Assembly: GCF_009834535.1 (NCBI RefSeq)
Contig: NC_045697.1
Location: 42,534,001 to 42,598,000 of the forward strand
Direction of reading: 5' to 3'
From: Camelus ferus
Lineage: Eukaryota
DNA: 64,000 nucleotides
The position numbers were made by a program, and so were the translations under genes. Below the pieces are notes generated by a model, which saw only the letters and a list, made by a program, of their open reading frames with translations, was not told the origin of the DNA and did no database searches. Positions 28,155 through 42,535 of this stretch are shown piece after piece (position 1 is the first letter of the stretch; every line of letters starts with the position of its first letter).

Positions 28155-31100
28155 TAGCTCTCCATATTTTTTAATGAATTAATATGTGTTCTACTAGGAA
28201 CATAAATTTATGCATAAACCAAAATCAACTACATGTCTTGGAATGACTCAGTTTTGACCATAGAATAGCTTTCCTTAAAGTAATTTCAAAAGGAAAATTA
28301 AAGCTGAAAAATAATCTCTTTTCTTGAATCCCAAGTCTGCATGCTGCTGTTCTCAACCTAGAAAATTTTGCTTAATACAAATTGTAAATTTTAGAATGTT
28401 ATATGTACTTTATAGGGGAAATTTGGTTAACAAAATGAAACTTTATACTCTTCACTTACAGAAAAATTTATTTCTTATAGCTTATATTTTTTGTTTAAGC
28501 AATTATATTCAAAAGCCTAGACATGTAAAGTAAGATAACTAGGTTATATTTTTTTTAACCTCCAAATGCTAAACCTGCTAGCAAAAATCTGAACTAGGAG
28601 ATTTTACTGGTACAGCCTTTCTTACCCTTATCTCTCAGCTCTAGTTGAGATAGTAATTGTAAAATATAAGAGGAGCAGAATTGAGAATAATAGCTGGTGT
28701 GCTTGATCCTCTGGTCCTGAAGTAAAAATCAGTACTTTTTTAGGTTGTTCCCCATAGTAATGTTAGGCTTTATTATGAAATGCTAAAAAAGTAAATAAGG
28801 AAATCATCGTCTCATCAGCATCAGGGGGTCTGTGCCAGTTTATCAAGGGAGTATCTCATGTGTTTTATTACCTGACATTCCTTCTAAGAGGAGCATGAGA
28901 GTACTGTGAGACAAATATGGTAAACTGGGCTGTATTATGCAAAATTATTCACTGTAGTAACTTACTTCACAAGAATAAAGGGCAGTATATCTTAAACATT
29001 ACTGTTACTATTTCGGGTGGACTTACAAAATGTATTAAGTAGCTAGCTGGTAAGAATAGCATTTCTCCTCTCATTCTTCCCCAAAGGCATTTTTTAAAAT
29101 AGGCTACATGTGATCAACAGTGAAATGATGTAATTAGGACATGGCTATTTGTGGTAGTCATTCTTATGTTTTGCTGTGGTGGAAAAATAGAGAAATGTAG
29201 GCTTCTTATCCCTTTCAGTGAGAATGTACCTGTACCCCCCAGCCACGAGACTGTAAACCCATTGTTGTGTTTCATTTATAAAAGATCTAATGCCAAAAAT
29301 ATGAGAGTAATATTCTGCTTAGCAAACAGTTATGTCCAGTAACTAGTAATTTTTTTCCCTTCAAGTTTGTATCAGTACCATCTTTGATATTTTAAGGTAT
29401 GTTTCTTTAAAAGGATTTCCTTTCATAAATCTCCTAATTGTTTTCATTCATATACCTCTATTTAAAATTTATAAAGAGTATTTAAAATAATTTTGATAGA
29501 GGAGTTTATGGAAAACTTAACAAATAAGTTATCAGCAGGAAGATTTCCTACCTCGTTTCATCCATCCAGCCATCCATAATACATTTATTAATTACCTTCA
29601 GCGTGTCAGGTGCTTTGGCAAACACTAAAAAGTTGAGTATGAAAAACACAGGTCACTGACCTCACATTAGATTCATTTTCAAGGAATGGAGGTGGAGCTG
29701 CCTGTTCACTGGAGATACCCTCCTCCGTAAATTCTGAATGTCTTTACTGTACCTGGCCTGGGTTGACAAATAGCCTCAGTTGGGATCAGACTAGGTTGCT
29801 GAGTGTTGACTGTCAGTACAACAGTCGTGGAGAGGCTTGATGTGGATACCAAGTGCATGCTTTTCTAGGTGATGAGAATGAGTATTTGTGGATTTGGGGT
29901 GAATGGATGATAGGAATGGTACAGACGTACACACAGGGTAAGTGAACAGACGTTCTTAGAAAAGGGAACAAACAGCAGACAGGAAAGTTGCATATTAATT
30001 TCCATTCCCTTTATTACTGATGAGGCCACGCAGCCTTTGACATAGTGTGGTCGTTTTTCTTTTTTGTGAAATGATTGTCTTTTGTCCATTTTTCTATTGG
30101 GTGGTTTGTTGCTCTTTCATTGATTTGTAGCCATTCTTTACATATTTTGGATCGAATGCTTTGTTGTTCATTTTAGGTGTTGCAGATATTTTGTTCCCTA
30201 TTTGTGGCTTGTGTTTACTTTCTGTTGACTTTGTGTACAGAAGTTTTTAATTAAGATGAGGTCAATTGTGTGAGTGTGTAGTTTTTTGTTTTGGGGTTTT
30301 TTTTTTTTGGACATTCTTCCTTTCTCTGGGGTTATAAAGATACCTTCCAACATATTCTTCTAAATATTTAAGAAGTTTTGTTTTTCAAATTAATGTCTTA
30401 ATTGCTTTGGTGGTTAAGGACATGGTGAATATAAGCTACTGAAAGCAGAGCCAGGTGGCTGGAACAGATTCAGGTGGGGCGGGGAGGGCCTTGATAAATA
30501 TTTCTTTGAATCAATGATCAAGTTGCTAACGTGGAGCTGGGTTTAAATTGTTTGGGGATTAAGTAAGGTCAAGAACTATCCATTATAGGCTGCCAGGCAG
30601 TAAAAAAAAAAAAACAAAAACTGAGGAGGCCATTTCAGGGAGAGGAAAGACCATGTGGGAAAAGCATCAAGAGTTTGAAATTGCATGGCCTGTTCAGGGA
30701 AGAGCAGTTAGGTGATGTGGTGTGAGCAGAGACTGAGAGGAGGAATATTGCAGAAGACAGAGCTTCAAAATTAGATGCACAACAAATTTTGAAGAGCCTT
30801 TTATACCTTGCAAAGAGTTTTGACTCTCTCATTACAGGCAGTCGTGTCACTTTTAAGGAACGTTATATACTGATCTGTTTGGAATTTTAGGGAAAAATAA
30901 CCACACCCTAGAGGGGAAAAACTGGAGTTGGTAATCCCACAATGACTTGCATAGAGTAGGCAGGCACTTAAGAAATTAAATTTCAACAATGCTGTTGCTC
31001 AGATCTTTTTAGAATTGTTTCCCCGTAATCAGCTGCAGAGTACACAGTGCATTCTTTTGATTATTAGTGGTGAATTTTCAGTCTTTTTGAAAGGATTTGA

Positions 31101-32819
31101 TATTTAGTAGTTGGTAGGAGTTATTTTGGAGGAAGTTTGGAAACTATGGCAAATGAGCAAGCTGGGTAATTCCAGTTAGTACAACGTGATATATGATGAC
31201 ACTGATTTTTAGATGTTTAAATGTTTTCCGAAAAATAAAAGTATAGGAATTCACAGTTTAAACCTTCATTACTGTATAATCAGTCTTGAAGAAGCCAACA
31301 TTTACCTTTCCTTTATTATTTTTGTTGGTATCATTATTTTATATATTTTTTCATTTGTGAGGATTTACTAATATAATTCTGCCCAGTCTTTTGCATTTGT
31401 TGTTTTCCTTTCATTGCTTTCAGACCTCATCATATATTCCAGCTCATTCTGTGATGGTTTGTTGTTGATACTGGGGGGCTGACTCCTTTTGGATGTTCCT
31501 CGTCCTCAGTTTGCTGTTGATGCACCAATTCCCTGTGGAGGATTCTGGCTTATTGCTTTTTGTTTTGCCATCATCAGCTTACCAACCAAACCTAACTATT
31601 AGTAGTGATTTTTTTTTTTCTTGCTTCTGCCCCTGCCTCTATGTTGATAGTTCTTTCTAAATTTGTACCAGTTTTTCCTGAATTAAAAACAAACAGAAAA
31701 CACTATGGGGTACTTAACACCTCCCAACAAAAAAATGGTCATATGGTAATGGTTTATTGTTTTTTCAAGTAATAAAATTGAATTCAAACAAATCATAAAG
31801 ATCAAAGTTGCCTTCTAAGCCTTTTTAAATAAACAGATAATTTAAAATTTTCTCTAAATTCCTTATCTTAACTTATCTTTGGCTTGAGCTGCCTCTAATT
31901 CATTCATCTTCTCAACTTTCATTGATCACTTTTTACTCATTTGTTAATCATGTATTGCCTGTGCCTTATTTACCAGGCACTGTGTTAGACATTGAGGGAA
32001 GGAGTTGCATAAAGGCATGATCTCTGCCTTCCATAATCTTATATTACTTGTCCAGTGTTGGAAAAAAGACAAATAAAATAAGTTACATAACATGGGGAGA
32101 AATGCTATGATAAAGATATGCACAGGATTATATGGGGGTATATGAAGGCACAGAACTGTGAAGGCTTAGCAGGGAGACCTGCAGGAGACAAAGTATGTGT
32201 GGAATAAAGAGGAAAGGTGGGAGGTGAATAGGGTTAGATCTAGGGGCCAGATAATAAAGAGCCATGGTTCGACTTTCCCTGAAAGTGGTGGGAATCACTG
32301 CCACATTCATTTGTTTCTTTTAGTTCTGTACTAAATCCTTGGCTAGGTGTTAAGAACTTGGAGAGCATAGCCTGCTTTCAGGGAATTCATAATTTAATAA
32401 GGGATACTGATAATTAAGCAGAAAGAAATAATCTTTAAGCAACTAGGTGACTTTTCAATCAAGAATAAATGGTTGTCAGTATAATTTCTTTTCTGGAGAT
32501 GTTTAAGAACTTCAGTGTTTACAAACTATGAAGACTTTCTATAGGATGAGAACTAGGATGCGTAAATTGTAAGTTTTACAAAATTTTACATGTAACATGT
32601 AATTTTTTATCAGGAATAGTAAACCTACACATCCAGAATTCAGAATGTCTGCACATAAAATCTACTACTACTATATAGTAGGTGTATGACATTTATTCAC
32701 CCATCACTTACTATGAACTAAGAATACAAAGTTAAGTAAGATTTGGTTCCCACCATTGAAGAAATTACAAGTTAATGGGAATAAATAACCACTAATTGGT
32801 CTGTGTTACAGCAGAATAG

Positions 32820-33055
32820 CAGTAGTAATAGCTGTCGGTTACTGTGCACAAGTGCTGAGTGGTGCCTCGTTTTTGAATTACACCAGAAGACCACTCTGAG
32901 GTTGGTTTTGGAAGTTACTCTCTTCTCACACATGAGAAATCTGATGCACAAAGACGGTGACTGACCTGCTGAAGGTACAACAGCTGGTAAATGGTGCAGC
33001 TAAGATTTGAATCCAGGTAACTAGTTGCAAAGCCTGTGTAACCACAGTGCTATAC
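32820..33055 (-). mobile_element. MIR SINE
   Basis: gagaaatctgatgcacaaagacggtgactgacctgctgaaggtacaacagctggtaaatgg...gatttgaatccagg. Confidence 0.75.
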
Positions 33056-35024
33056 GGTCTCTCTCAGTGATGAATATTTTATACCAGACTATAACTGAAG
33101 TACCATGGTGTAAGATACAGCAACAAATTCCGCCTGGAGGTTTGGGAAAGACTTCTCTGAGAAAGTGACCTTAGAGCTTAGCTCTAAGCCCTAAGGAGAA
33201 GTAGAAGATGGGGGGGGGCGTCCTTGGCAGAAAGTACACGACACAAATACACAAAGTGCTCAAGAACCCAAGAAGGCTGGGAGATACTTTCAGTGCAGCA
33301 GAATTTAGAGTGAAACAGGTGGCCTAGTGAGAAAAGAGTCTGTAATCATAAATGGGGCCAGAGGGTCTAAGAGTTTAGATAGTAGATTAAGGTACTTTGG
33401 TTTATTCTTAGGCAATAGGGAATCAGCAGAGGTTTTAAATCAGAAAAGTGATATGGTATCTACTTTGGTTTTCAGAAAAAAACTGAGGAGCTGTAGGGAA
33501 GATGCACTCAAGACAGCGCTACCAGTGATGGTAGTGAGATTGAGAATAATTTTATCCATCGTTTCATAGAACCAGGTTTTGGTTTTCTTGATTTTCTCTG
33601 TTCTCATGTTTTTAGTTTCATTGATTTGTTGCCCTAATTTGTTATTTCTTTCCTTTTGCCTTCTTTAGGCTTAAATTGCTCTTTTTTTTCCCCTTGTTTC
33701 CTAAGGTAGAAAGTCAGGCTATTTAAAAATCTTTATTCTTTTGTGATATATGCAGTTGGTGCTACAGATGTCCCTCTAAGAAAGAACGTTTTTCACTGCA
33801 TTTTACACATTTTGATAAGTTATATTTTCATTTAGTTTAAAATATTTTAAAATCTCTTGACACTTCTTTGACTTGTTTTTTAGATACATGTTTAATTTCC
33901 AAATGTTTGGGGCTTTTCCAGCTGTCTTTTGTTACTGATTTCCTGTTTAACTCCATTGTGATCGGAGAGCACATTTTGTATGATTTCCGTTCTTTTGAAT
34001 TTGTTAAGGTGTGTTTATGGCCCAGTGTGTTACCTGTCTTGGTGAGTGTTCCACATGAGTTTGAGAAGAATGTGTGTTCTGCTGTGGCTGGATGGAGTGT
34101 TCCATAAATGTCAGCTGTAGTTCTGGTTGATTGATAGTACTGTTCAGCAAACTGTGTCTGTATTGATTTCCTGCACACTTGATCTGTCAGTTATGGCATG
34201 AGAGCTGTTGCTGTCTCCAACTCCAATAGTGGGTTTGTCTTTTTCTTCCTTCAGTCCTATCAGTTTTTGCCTCATATAGGTGAATACTCACATTAGGCTT
34301 ACATATGTTAAGGATTGCTAAGTCTTAGAGAATTGAACTTTCTGTCCGTATGTAATGCTCCTCCCTATCCCTGATGGCTTCCCTTGTTCTAAGGAAAAGT
34401 TGTGTTGTCTAAAGTTAATGTAGCCACTCCAGCTTTATTTCATTGGCTTCAGCATGATGCACCTTTCTCCATTTCTTTACTTTCAGCCTGATTATTTAAA
34501 GTGGCTTTCTTGTAAACACTATTGAGATGTGTTTTTTTAATCCACTCTGACATTGTGTCTTTTAATTGGTGCATTTAGACTATTCACATTTAAAGTGATT
34601 GTTGATACAGTGAGATTAAAATCTGTCATGTTTATAACTTCCCTATTTGTTGCATTTGTTATTCTTTTCCCCCACTGTCCTTCTGTCTTCTCTGGCTTTA
34701 ACTGAGCATTTTACATGATTTCCTTCTGTCTCCTCTCTTTGTGTATCAATTAAACTTTTTAGTGGTTGCCCTAGAGTGTACATTTCCTACAAATTTTGGT
34801 CTGCCTTCAAATAACTCAAGTAGAATATGTGTATCTTTTAAAAGTAATCCCAACTCCTTGTGAGATTGCTGTTATTCATCTCACTGATTCATAAACTATA
34901 ATCACCCAATACATTATTGCTACTCTTACTTTAAAAACAATCTTTTAAATCAGTTAAGGATAATAACAATTTTTATTTTAACTTCATTTATTCCTTCTCT
35001 GACAGCCTTCTCTTAGTTACATAA

Positions 35025-35324
35025 CAGGCTTACCCTGGAGGTACTGCCAATTTGGTCCAAACCACCTTAATGAAGTGAGTATTGCAATAGAGCAAGTCAC
35101 ATGAAGGTTTTGGTTCCCCAGCACATGTGAAAGTTATTTTTACACTGTAGTATAGTCTGTTAAGCATGCAATAGCATTATATCAAGAAAAACAATGTACA
35201 TACCTTAATTAAAAAATACTTTATTGCTAAAAGATGCTAACCATAACCAACAACATAGGGTTGCCACAGACCTTCAGTTAGGAAAAACACAATCAGTGAA
35301 GTGCAGTAAAACACATTATGCCTG
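35025..35324 (-). mobile_element. Tigger1 internal-deletion derivative (Tigger1a-like), 300 bp
   Basis: Termini caggcttacc...tatgcctg followed by TA; both Tigger1 ends recognisable (gcaatagcattat...tactttattgctaaaa; gggttgccacagaccttca). Confidence 0.85.
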
Positions 35325-35950
35325 TACAATTTCTGACCTATGTCATTTTTCTCTCCCTGAACGACTTTTAATATTTCTCTCATGGCAGGTCGCCTCACAA
35401 TAAATTTCCACATTTTTTGATTTTCTGAGAAATTCTTTATTCTTCTTTCACTTTTGAAGGATAATTTTATTAAATATAGAATTCTAGGCTGGTAGGTTTT
35501 TCTTTCAACACTTCAAATATTTCCCTCCATTCTCTTCATGTCTGCATGCTTTGGATGAGAAGTCCACTGTAATGTTCGTTCCTGATCTTTCATAGGTAAA
35601 GTGTTTCTCCTTCCCTCACCCTTCTTAACTCACTCCCTTTCCAGATTCTCTCTTTATTTTTGACTTTCTATAGTTTGAATATGAAATGCCTAAATGTAGT
35701 CTTTTAGGTATTTAATCTTGTTTGATAGTCTCTGAGCTTTTGGTATCTGTGGTTTAATGTCTGTCATTAAATTTAAAGTTCTTAAACATTGTTACTTCAA
35801 ATATACCACTGGTCTAGTCTCTCTTCTCTGGAAGCTTCTGTTGATTTATCTCCAGGCTCACTAATCCTTTCCTTGGCCATAACCAGTCTGCAGTTGAGCT
35901 CATCAAAGCATTCTTCATATCTGTTACAGTGCTTTTGATTTTTATCATTT

Positions 35951-36085
35951 CTTTTTTTTTTGTATAAATGTATTTTTATTGAAGTTTAGTCAGTTTACAA
36001 CGTTGTGTTAATTTCTGGTGTACAGCATAATGCTTCAGTAATACATGAACATACATATATATCATACATGAACATAAATTTTTCT
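35951..36085 (-). mobile_element. Short L1 3' end
   Basis: Poly(T), then ttattgaagtttagtcagtttacaacgttgtgttaatttctggtgtacagc. Confidence 0.75.
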
Positions 36086-36215
36086 TTTTAAAAAACAATT
36101 TTTTAGAGGGGTAGGTAGTTAGATTTACTTATTTATTTTTAGAGGAGATACTGCAGATTGAACCCAGGACCTCATGCTTGCTAAGCATACGCTCTACCCC
36201 TTGAGCTATATCCTT
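36086..36215 (-). mobile_element. Camelid tRNA-derived SINE (Vic-1 type)
   Basis: gattgaacccaggacctcatgcttgctaagcatacgctctaccccttgagctatatcc. Confidence 0.85.
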
Positions 36216-39200
36216 TCCTTAGAGCATGGTTGGTGTGGTTGTTAAGTGTGGAAGAGGGGAACTGTTTTATAATCTTATGATTAAAAGTCAGTGTTTTAGT
36301 GGGCCTGTGACTCTGGGCTGTGACCTTCCCAAGTGTTTCCCTTGGGCTGTTTCTTCTCTCAGCCAACAGCACCCCCCACCCCTTAGGTGAGACTGGAACG
36401 CTGGGAGTGGGTAGGGGGTTGGAGTGGGAAGGATGCCCTTCCCTCAGGTGAGATGAACTAAGATACATTTTTCCACCCTGGAGAACAGGCCTTTATTATG
36501 GAGTTTGCTCTGGGAACATTTCACAGTAATTACTCTTCCCCTCCCTCTGCCAGAGCCAAGAGGGGATCTTTCCCAGATCTTCTCTGTGAGAATCTGGTGG
36601 GGTTCCTGGAAGCCCAGCCTAGGAAAGTTGTGCTGAGAGCCTGGAGACTATGGCCCCCAGGAGCTTCACCCTCTCATGCGTGTCCACTCTTGAGCCCGTA
36701 GCAGCTCTTTATACTTACATTTAAGTGTCCGCACCAGTTTATGGCTCCAGGGCTTTCTATTCTAGATAAGCATATTTCAGCTGTAACTTTCTGGACTTGC
36801 CTGTCTCTCCAGATTTCAGGGATTACTTTGCCTTGCAGCCTCAGTTCCCTGAGGGTTTGAGGAAAGTCCTTCGTTTCCAGTTTATTCAGCTGTTTCTTAC
36901 GTAAGCACAGGAGTGATGACTTCTAGGCTCCTTACATTTTGGTGCTGAAATCCTGACTTTTTAAAATTTAACTTCTTTTTTTCTCCTAACTTCATTCCTT
37001 AATATGGATGCACCATGGGTTACCTATGCCTCCATTAAAGGACTTGGCTGTTTCTGACTTTTCGTTATTATAAACAATTATAAAAACGTACAGTGCGGCA
37101 AACCGCCTTGTACTGTGAGTATTACTCTAGGTCAGCTTCCTGGAAGAGGCATTACTAGATGAAAGAGTAGGTATGTGGATACTATGAGATTGCTCTGAAA
37201 AAGACTACTAGTTTATAATTCTAATCAGCAAGTTGTATACAGTTCCATTTTTTTCTATTCTTACTATGTAATATGTTTTATAAATCCTATTAATTTTTGC
37301 AAAGCTGAGCAAACAGTTGTACTTGTTTTTATTTGCATTTCTCTAATTATTAGTGATTTTAAGTACCTTTTCACGTGTGTGTTTTGTTGCATTTCATGTG
37401 AAGAATATTTCCTGGAGACAGTCTATTTCTATTCCATCCTTATGTTGGTATTAGGTTGTTGATTTTTAAGAGTCCCGTGAATAGTCTAGTTATTAATACT
37501 TTGTTATAAGGGTCATTATTATTTTTGCCTTTTTGTCATTTGTCTTTTAACTTTGTGGTATTTTTAGCTATATATCTGTCTCTCTTTTTTCCTTTTTTAG
37601 AATTTATTTTAAACTATAAGTATTTCCTTTTATATTTTCTTCCAGTATTTTATTGTTTGTTTACATTTCAGTCTTTAATCCATTTGGAATTACTAGTTTT
37701 TATTTATGAAAATGATAGTTTTAGAGAATCATAAATTTATGTTGTAACCAGTCTGCAGAACTGTAGAATTTTCTCCACAGTATCCAACAGCCCACAATTA
37801 GAAATGGACAAATTGTGTGGTTGAATTCATCCAGACATGGGTACTAGTTGTAAATGTGTATAGCTTAGGAGTGCAAGAGAAATGAAGAAATGAATCTGAA
37901 TGTCACTGAAGAGGTTAAACATAGTCTAATCTCTGCTGAGGAATAGGAAGATTGGGAAAAGTCAAGAATAAGGGATACCATTGAGGACCAGAGATTTAGG
38001 GAGCGAGAAAGTGGGTGGATTGAAAGTTATAATCTCAGAGTAAGATTTTGGAACTTGAAATTTCAGAAATAGAGAAATTCTTAGTAGTGATAGGTCAAGG
38101 ATATGGCCCTGAATGCCTTCGGCCTACTATGCAGTGTGCCATCCCTCCTCTGAGGATACTGAATATGTGATCACAGAGCTGAATGACTTGAACTAGAGAT
38201 TAGTGGAGATGTGTATAATGCAAAATATGTCAGTATTAAGCAGTCATAGATTACAGAAGCATTGTGCTACAGAAATTCTTTTACAGGTCTTTTATCCAAA
38301 ATTTTGAACACATATTCTTATAAACTTTCAGAGAATGATGGGGAATCTCGGGTCAGCCTGCAAAAGTTTATTCCATAATATAATTTAATTATACTATATT
38401 AATCATATCAAATAATCTAACTGTCATTTAATTATTAGGGTAAATGTGTCTTGAGGGCTCCCAAAACAGCAGTGGGGGCCCTAGAAGGAAGAGTTCAAGA
38501 AAGGTGTCAGAGAGAGGTCAACAGTGGCTACTCGTAATTGGAAGTCATATCTAAGGGAAGCCTTCTTAAATGAAGGCAGTGCTTTTGCTTTGGAATACGC
38601 TTTTGTCTATGAAGAGAGAAAATTAAGCACACTGAAAAGATGCTTTGAGAAATTGTCTAGTGCAGTGTATGTATAGGATGATGAGTTTACTGATGAGGTG
38701 GGGAGGATGGGGGATTTTGGAAACAGATCTGAAGTAATTATATTTTGCCATATAAATGAGATGGCCGATCTTGTAATATCTCGTAGGTGGGACTAAAACC
38801 TGATCATGACTGTCCTTGAAGGCAAAAAGCTTAATGTTTCAGCAGATAGAAATTTTAATTCTAATTCAGGGTTTATAGTACTTATAGTTCTTTTTCAGTG
38901 TATAGATTTGATCGCTGGGTTACGTTCACAGTATGTTGGGAGCCTCTCAGAGCTTCGCCTACATACTTCACAAGTGTAAGAAGTTTTGCCTTTGCTCTCC
39001 ATGGTATAAGAAAAAGTGGGATTTTCCCCCAGAAAGTTTAAGAAAAAAATAAAAGCCTGAGGAATTACTTACAATTCTTTAATGAAACTGTAAGATTTTC
39101 TGAAGTAATATGAGCTACTTATTTCTTCTCTTGTGGAATTAAGGAGTTACTTAGAAAAGATAAGTTTTTAGCCAAGCTACTCAAAGGCCATTAATTACTT

Positions 39201-42200
39201 GACACATACATTTTACAAATTTAGGCTACTTTCTTCTTCTATACCCTTCTGTAATTTAAATGATGACAAACTGTTTAAAGGATTTAAATAATTTTTCAAG
39301 CATTTCCAGAGGATTTTCAAGCATTAACACAAGAGATTAGAATAAGAAATACTGTCTGAGCTCATTGCAATAATTATCTCCTTGCTATTTAAATAACCCC
39401 CTGTTGGCAGTGCAAACACTTTTCTCTTGTGAAACAAAATAGAGTTTATATTGGAAAACTAGTTCTTATACACAATAATCTTTGTAAATATTTTGAAAAC
39501 CCCTAATAACATTACCCCCCAAATAATCATTCTATGATTTGTCCCCACTATTATTAAATTTTGCCTGTCTCTTCTATATTGGTTTATAAACCTCTTATTG
39601 AGCATCTAAGAAATAAATGTTCCCTTAATTTTTTATCATTTTGTAAGTCTCTGAAACACTGTAAGAGCCTATGCTGTTTCCTTTCCCTTACTTGCTTAAA
39701 TAACTAAAATGTAAATGAAAAGGAATTAAATGTTACATGATCAAGTTGAGGAAAGATAAGAAATTTTTAAATTACTGAATGTAACTAATGTCCTTGGCAT
39801 TTCACAAAAAGGATGTGATTTTACATACATGGTACACAAAGGCTGTGAGGAAAGATTTTACTGTTGTGAGAAACCCAAGACTCAAGGGAATTAAGAGCCT
39901 TTCACCTGAAGTTACCTATCTTATACGGGCATATTTGTACAGGATGGACCGAAAAGTGCCTGTTCTTTTCTTCCCTTTCACTGCTGAAGAGTACTTTAAA
40001 CATGGTAGTTCTTGTTCTAAATTATACTCTACATTATAAACATTGAAGTATAAACAAAACAATGAGTCAGCAATTTGATATACTTAAGTATTTCTTGGTA
40101 AATTAGGAGAAAAAGAGAAATCTGATTTTTTTCCATCACTGAGATTATCTGAGTAATTGAGAATACCAGTAAACCCATTTAGCTGACTGATATATATACA
40201 CCCCTTTGTATCTGATAAATATTATATAACGATGGCACAATAGCTTGATTACATCTGGTTAATGTTTGTCATTGTGTTTGTGAGTTTACTGAAATAAATG
40301 TTGATTAATTTAGTGCATCTTCAGAAAAATTAAAAAATTTTTCCATTCTAGTTGCTACTTGATGCTAAAAAAAAATTAATATTCTAGAATCAAGTTGCCA
40401 AGAATTCTGTAATTTAAAATGGGCACATGAATATGAGTAAGCGAGAAGGGCTGGACCAGGAGGTGGGAGTCCTGGATTCCCATTCAGTTCTTTTTCCCCG
40501 GGAGATTTTGAGCAAGTTGTTCTTGTCTTGGGGCCTCACAGAAAGGTAGAATTAATTTTCTCTTTGGCCCACTTGCTTAAGTTGGAATGAGGAGCAAAGG
40601 AAATGGTCTGAAAATGCTTTGAAACTCTATAAATAAAGATTGAGGCTTGACTTTTTAATGTCATAGCCCTCTTTGAAAACTGGAGATCCCTTAAAAAAAT
40701 TATTTTAAAGTTTTAGAGGATCATGAATCCCCTAACTCCTACCCACACACTCTAGATTATGAACTGAATTGTAGGCTAAGAAACAGAGCAGATCTATGTA
40801 CAATCTAAAATGTTAGCTAATTTGCACAAGTTTTATAATTCATTTCAAATGTTATTTTTGGTCTGAGTGTTTTCCAGGATGATAAATACCAACACGTAGT
40901 AGGCTGTTTGAATGTATTTGTTGAAATCTTTATATTTACACTTGGAGAACTTAGACACATTTTCTGAGAATGAAATATGTTGAACAACTTTGAACTGGAC
41001 CGACTGTCATTTTGTAGTTCAGGTGTTCTCCTCGGCCTGCACCTGTGGTCTAAACACTCTTCCCTGCGCCTGGACACCTGGCAGTATTGAGTGCTCTTGG
41101 CACAGTGGTCCTTCAGCATAGACGGCCATTGGCAGAGCCCCAGGCAGAGTGTGTCTTCCTGCTCCTCACCTGTGATGAGTCACATCGTGGCCTCCTGTTG
41201 GAGTCGAGCTAGGATGCATAGCCATATGCCTGCAGCCACACATGGAATCCACTCAAAATTCTCAAGGACCAGCATGTTTAAGATGCTATTTTTCATGGTT
41301 TTAAAAAAAAATCAATAGGCAGATGTTTAATAAATAAAGCTCTAGCCTTGCAGTAGTCTCTCATTTCTTAAGAAATGGCATACTGGCTTATGTAGCAAAA
41401 TTAAAAATTAATCTTCAGGTTATTCCTGCTTTTCTACAGATTAAAAAACAAACTGCCCTTTTCTCAAGTTCTATATATCTGTAATGTCCTCCCAACCTTC
41501 CTTGTTCCTTTTGTAAGATACCCTCTTTATGTGTCTGAAATTAGCTAATTGCTGGCACGGTTAGTGGTGGTTGAAAAGGACTGATGATGCTTTCTGAAAG
41601 CTGAGTGTTACTGATTCTGGTGTGTGTTCTGACCCAGTGGTTGGGCTCTTTATTTCTTAACTGCAGCTCTAGCCAGGGATGCATTTTACACTGTGATTCA
41701 GTATATACAAATACACCCCTACCTAAAATAAGTTTCATGAAATAATAATTACCCTTCCTACGTGTATTCCAATATCTTCTATTTCATTCATTTTTCCATT
41801 GGAATATAGTTGATTTTACAGTATTATATTCTATTCCACTTTTTAAAAAATTGCTTGTCATGATCCACGAAATGAGTTAACATGACCTGCCGAAGTGGTC
41901 TTCAGTTGTATGATAATATTCACTTTTTTCTTATGATTTATAATATATTTGAGGTTATCATTTAATTTGTATATTTCAAACTATAATGTAAACTCTTCAG
42001 CAGGTACCCCAAGTATAATCCTTTATATAGAAAAAAATTAAATAATTAAAAATAGAAAACTTGGTGGGTTTTTTTTTTTTTGGTTGTGTTAGATGTTTTG
42101 AGGTGAGGTTTAACTTTCTATTCTCTTATTCTTCATACATTTGCTCATCTATTAAACAGCATACTAATTGTAAGATTTGTAATCCCTTTATTTGTTGAAC

Positions 42201-42535
42201 TTGCTGTGACTAACTTAATTGGAAATGCTTGTTGCTTGTCCAGTTAATTTTTTACATTTAATGTTTTACATTTTATCCAAATTGTGGCAAAGCCAGCAGG
42301 AACGTTGAGTGCCATGATTCATAATTTGCCATTTAGAGAGATTTCTCAAAATTAGCTTTGCCTCTACCTTTTCTGTTTAAAGAGGTAGAAAAAAATATTT
42401 TAGATAGAATTTTTTATTTTTCAGATTTTTAATAAGTTCTTCCATGCATGTTTGACCCAGTCAAGGCAATGACATTTTGACTGTGTATGAACATCTCCCT
42501 GCAGAATTAGAAGTGTTTATCACCAACCAGCCAAG

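Larger units (their letters stand above)
33545..36960 (-). mobile_element. Degenerate old L1 (endonuclease region and upstream part) with nested insertions
   Basis: ORF 33837..34178 contains DIYGTLHPATAEHTFFS...LGHK, matching the L1 ORF2p endonuclease motif DIYRTLHP..EYTFFS; frames are disrupted. Confidence 0.8.

Noticed and set aside
33837..34178. Functional endonuclease/RT gene (also 6288..6629 and 50532..50729)
   Set aside because: Short disrupted L1 ORF2 remnants.
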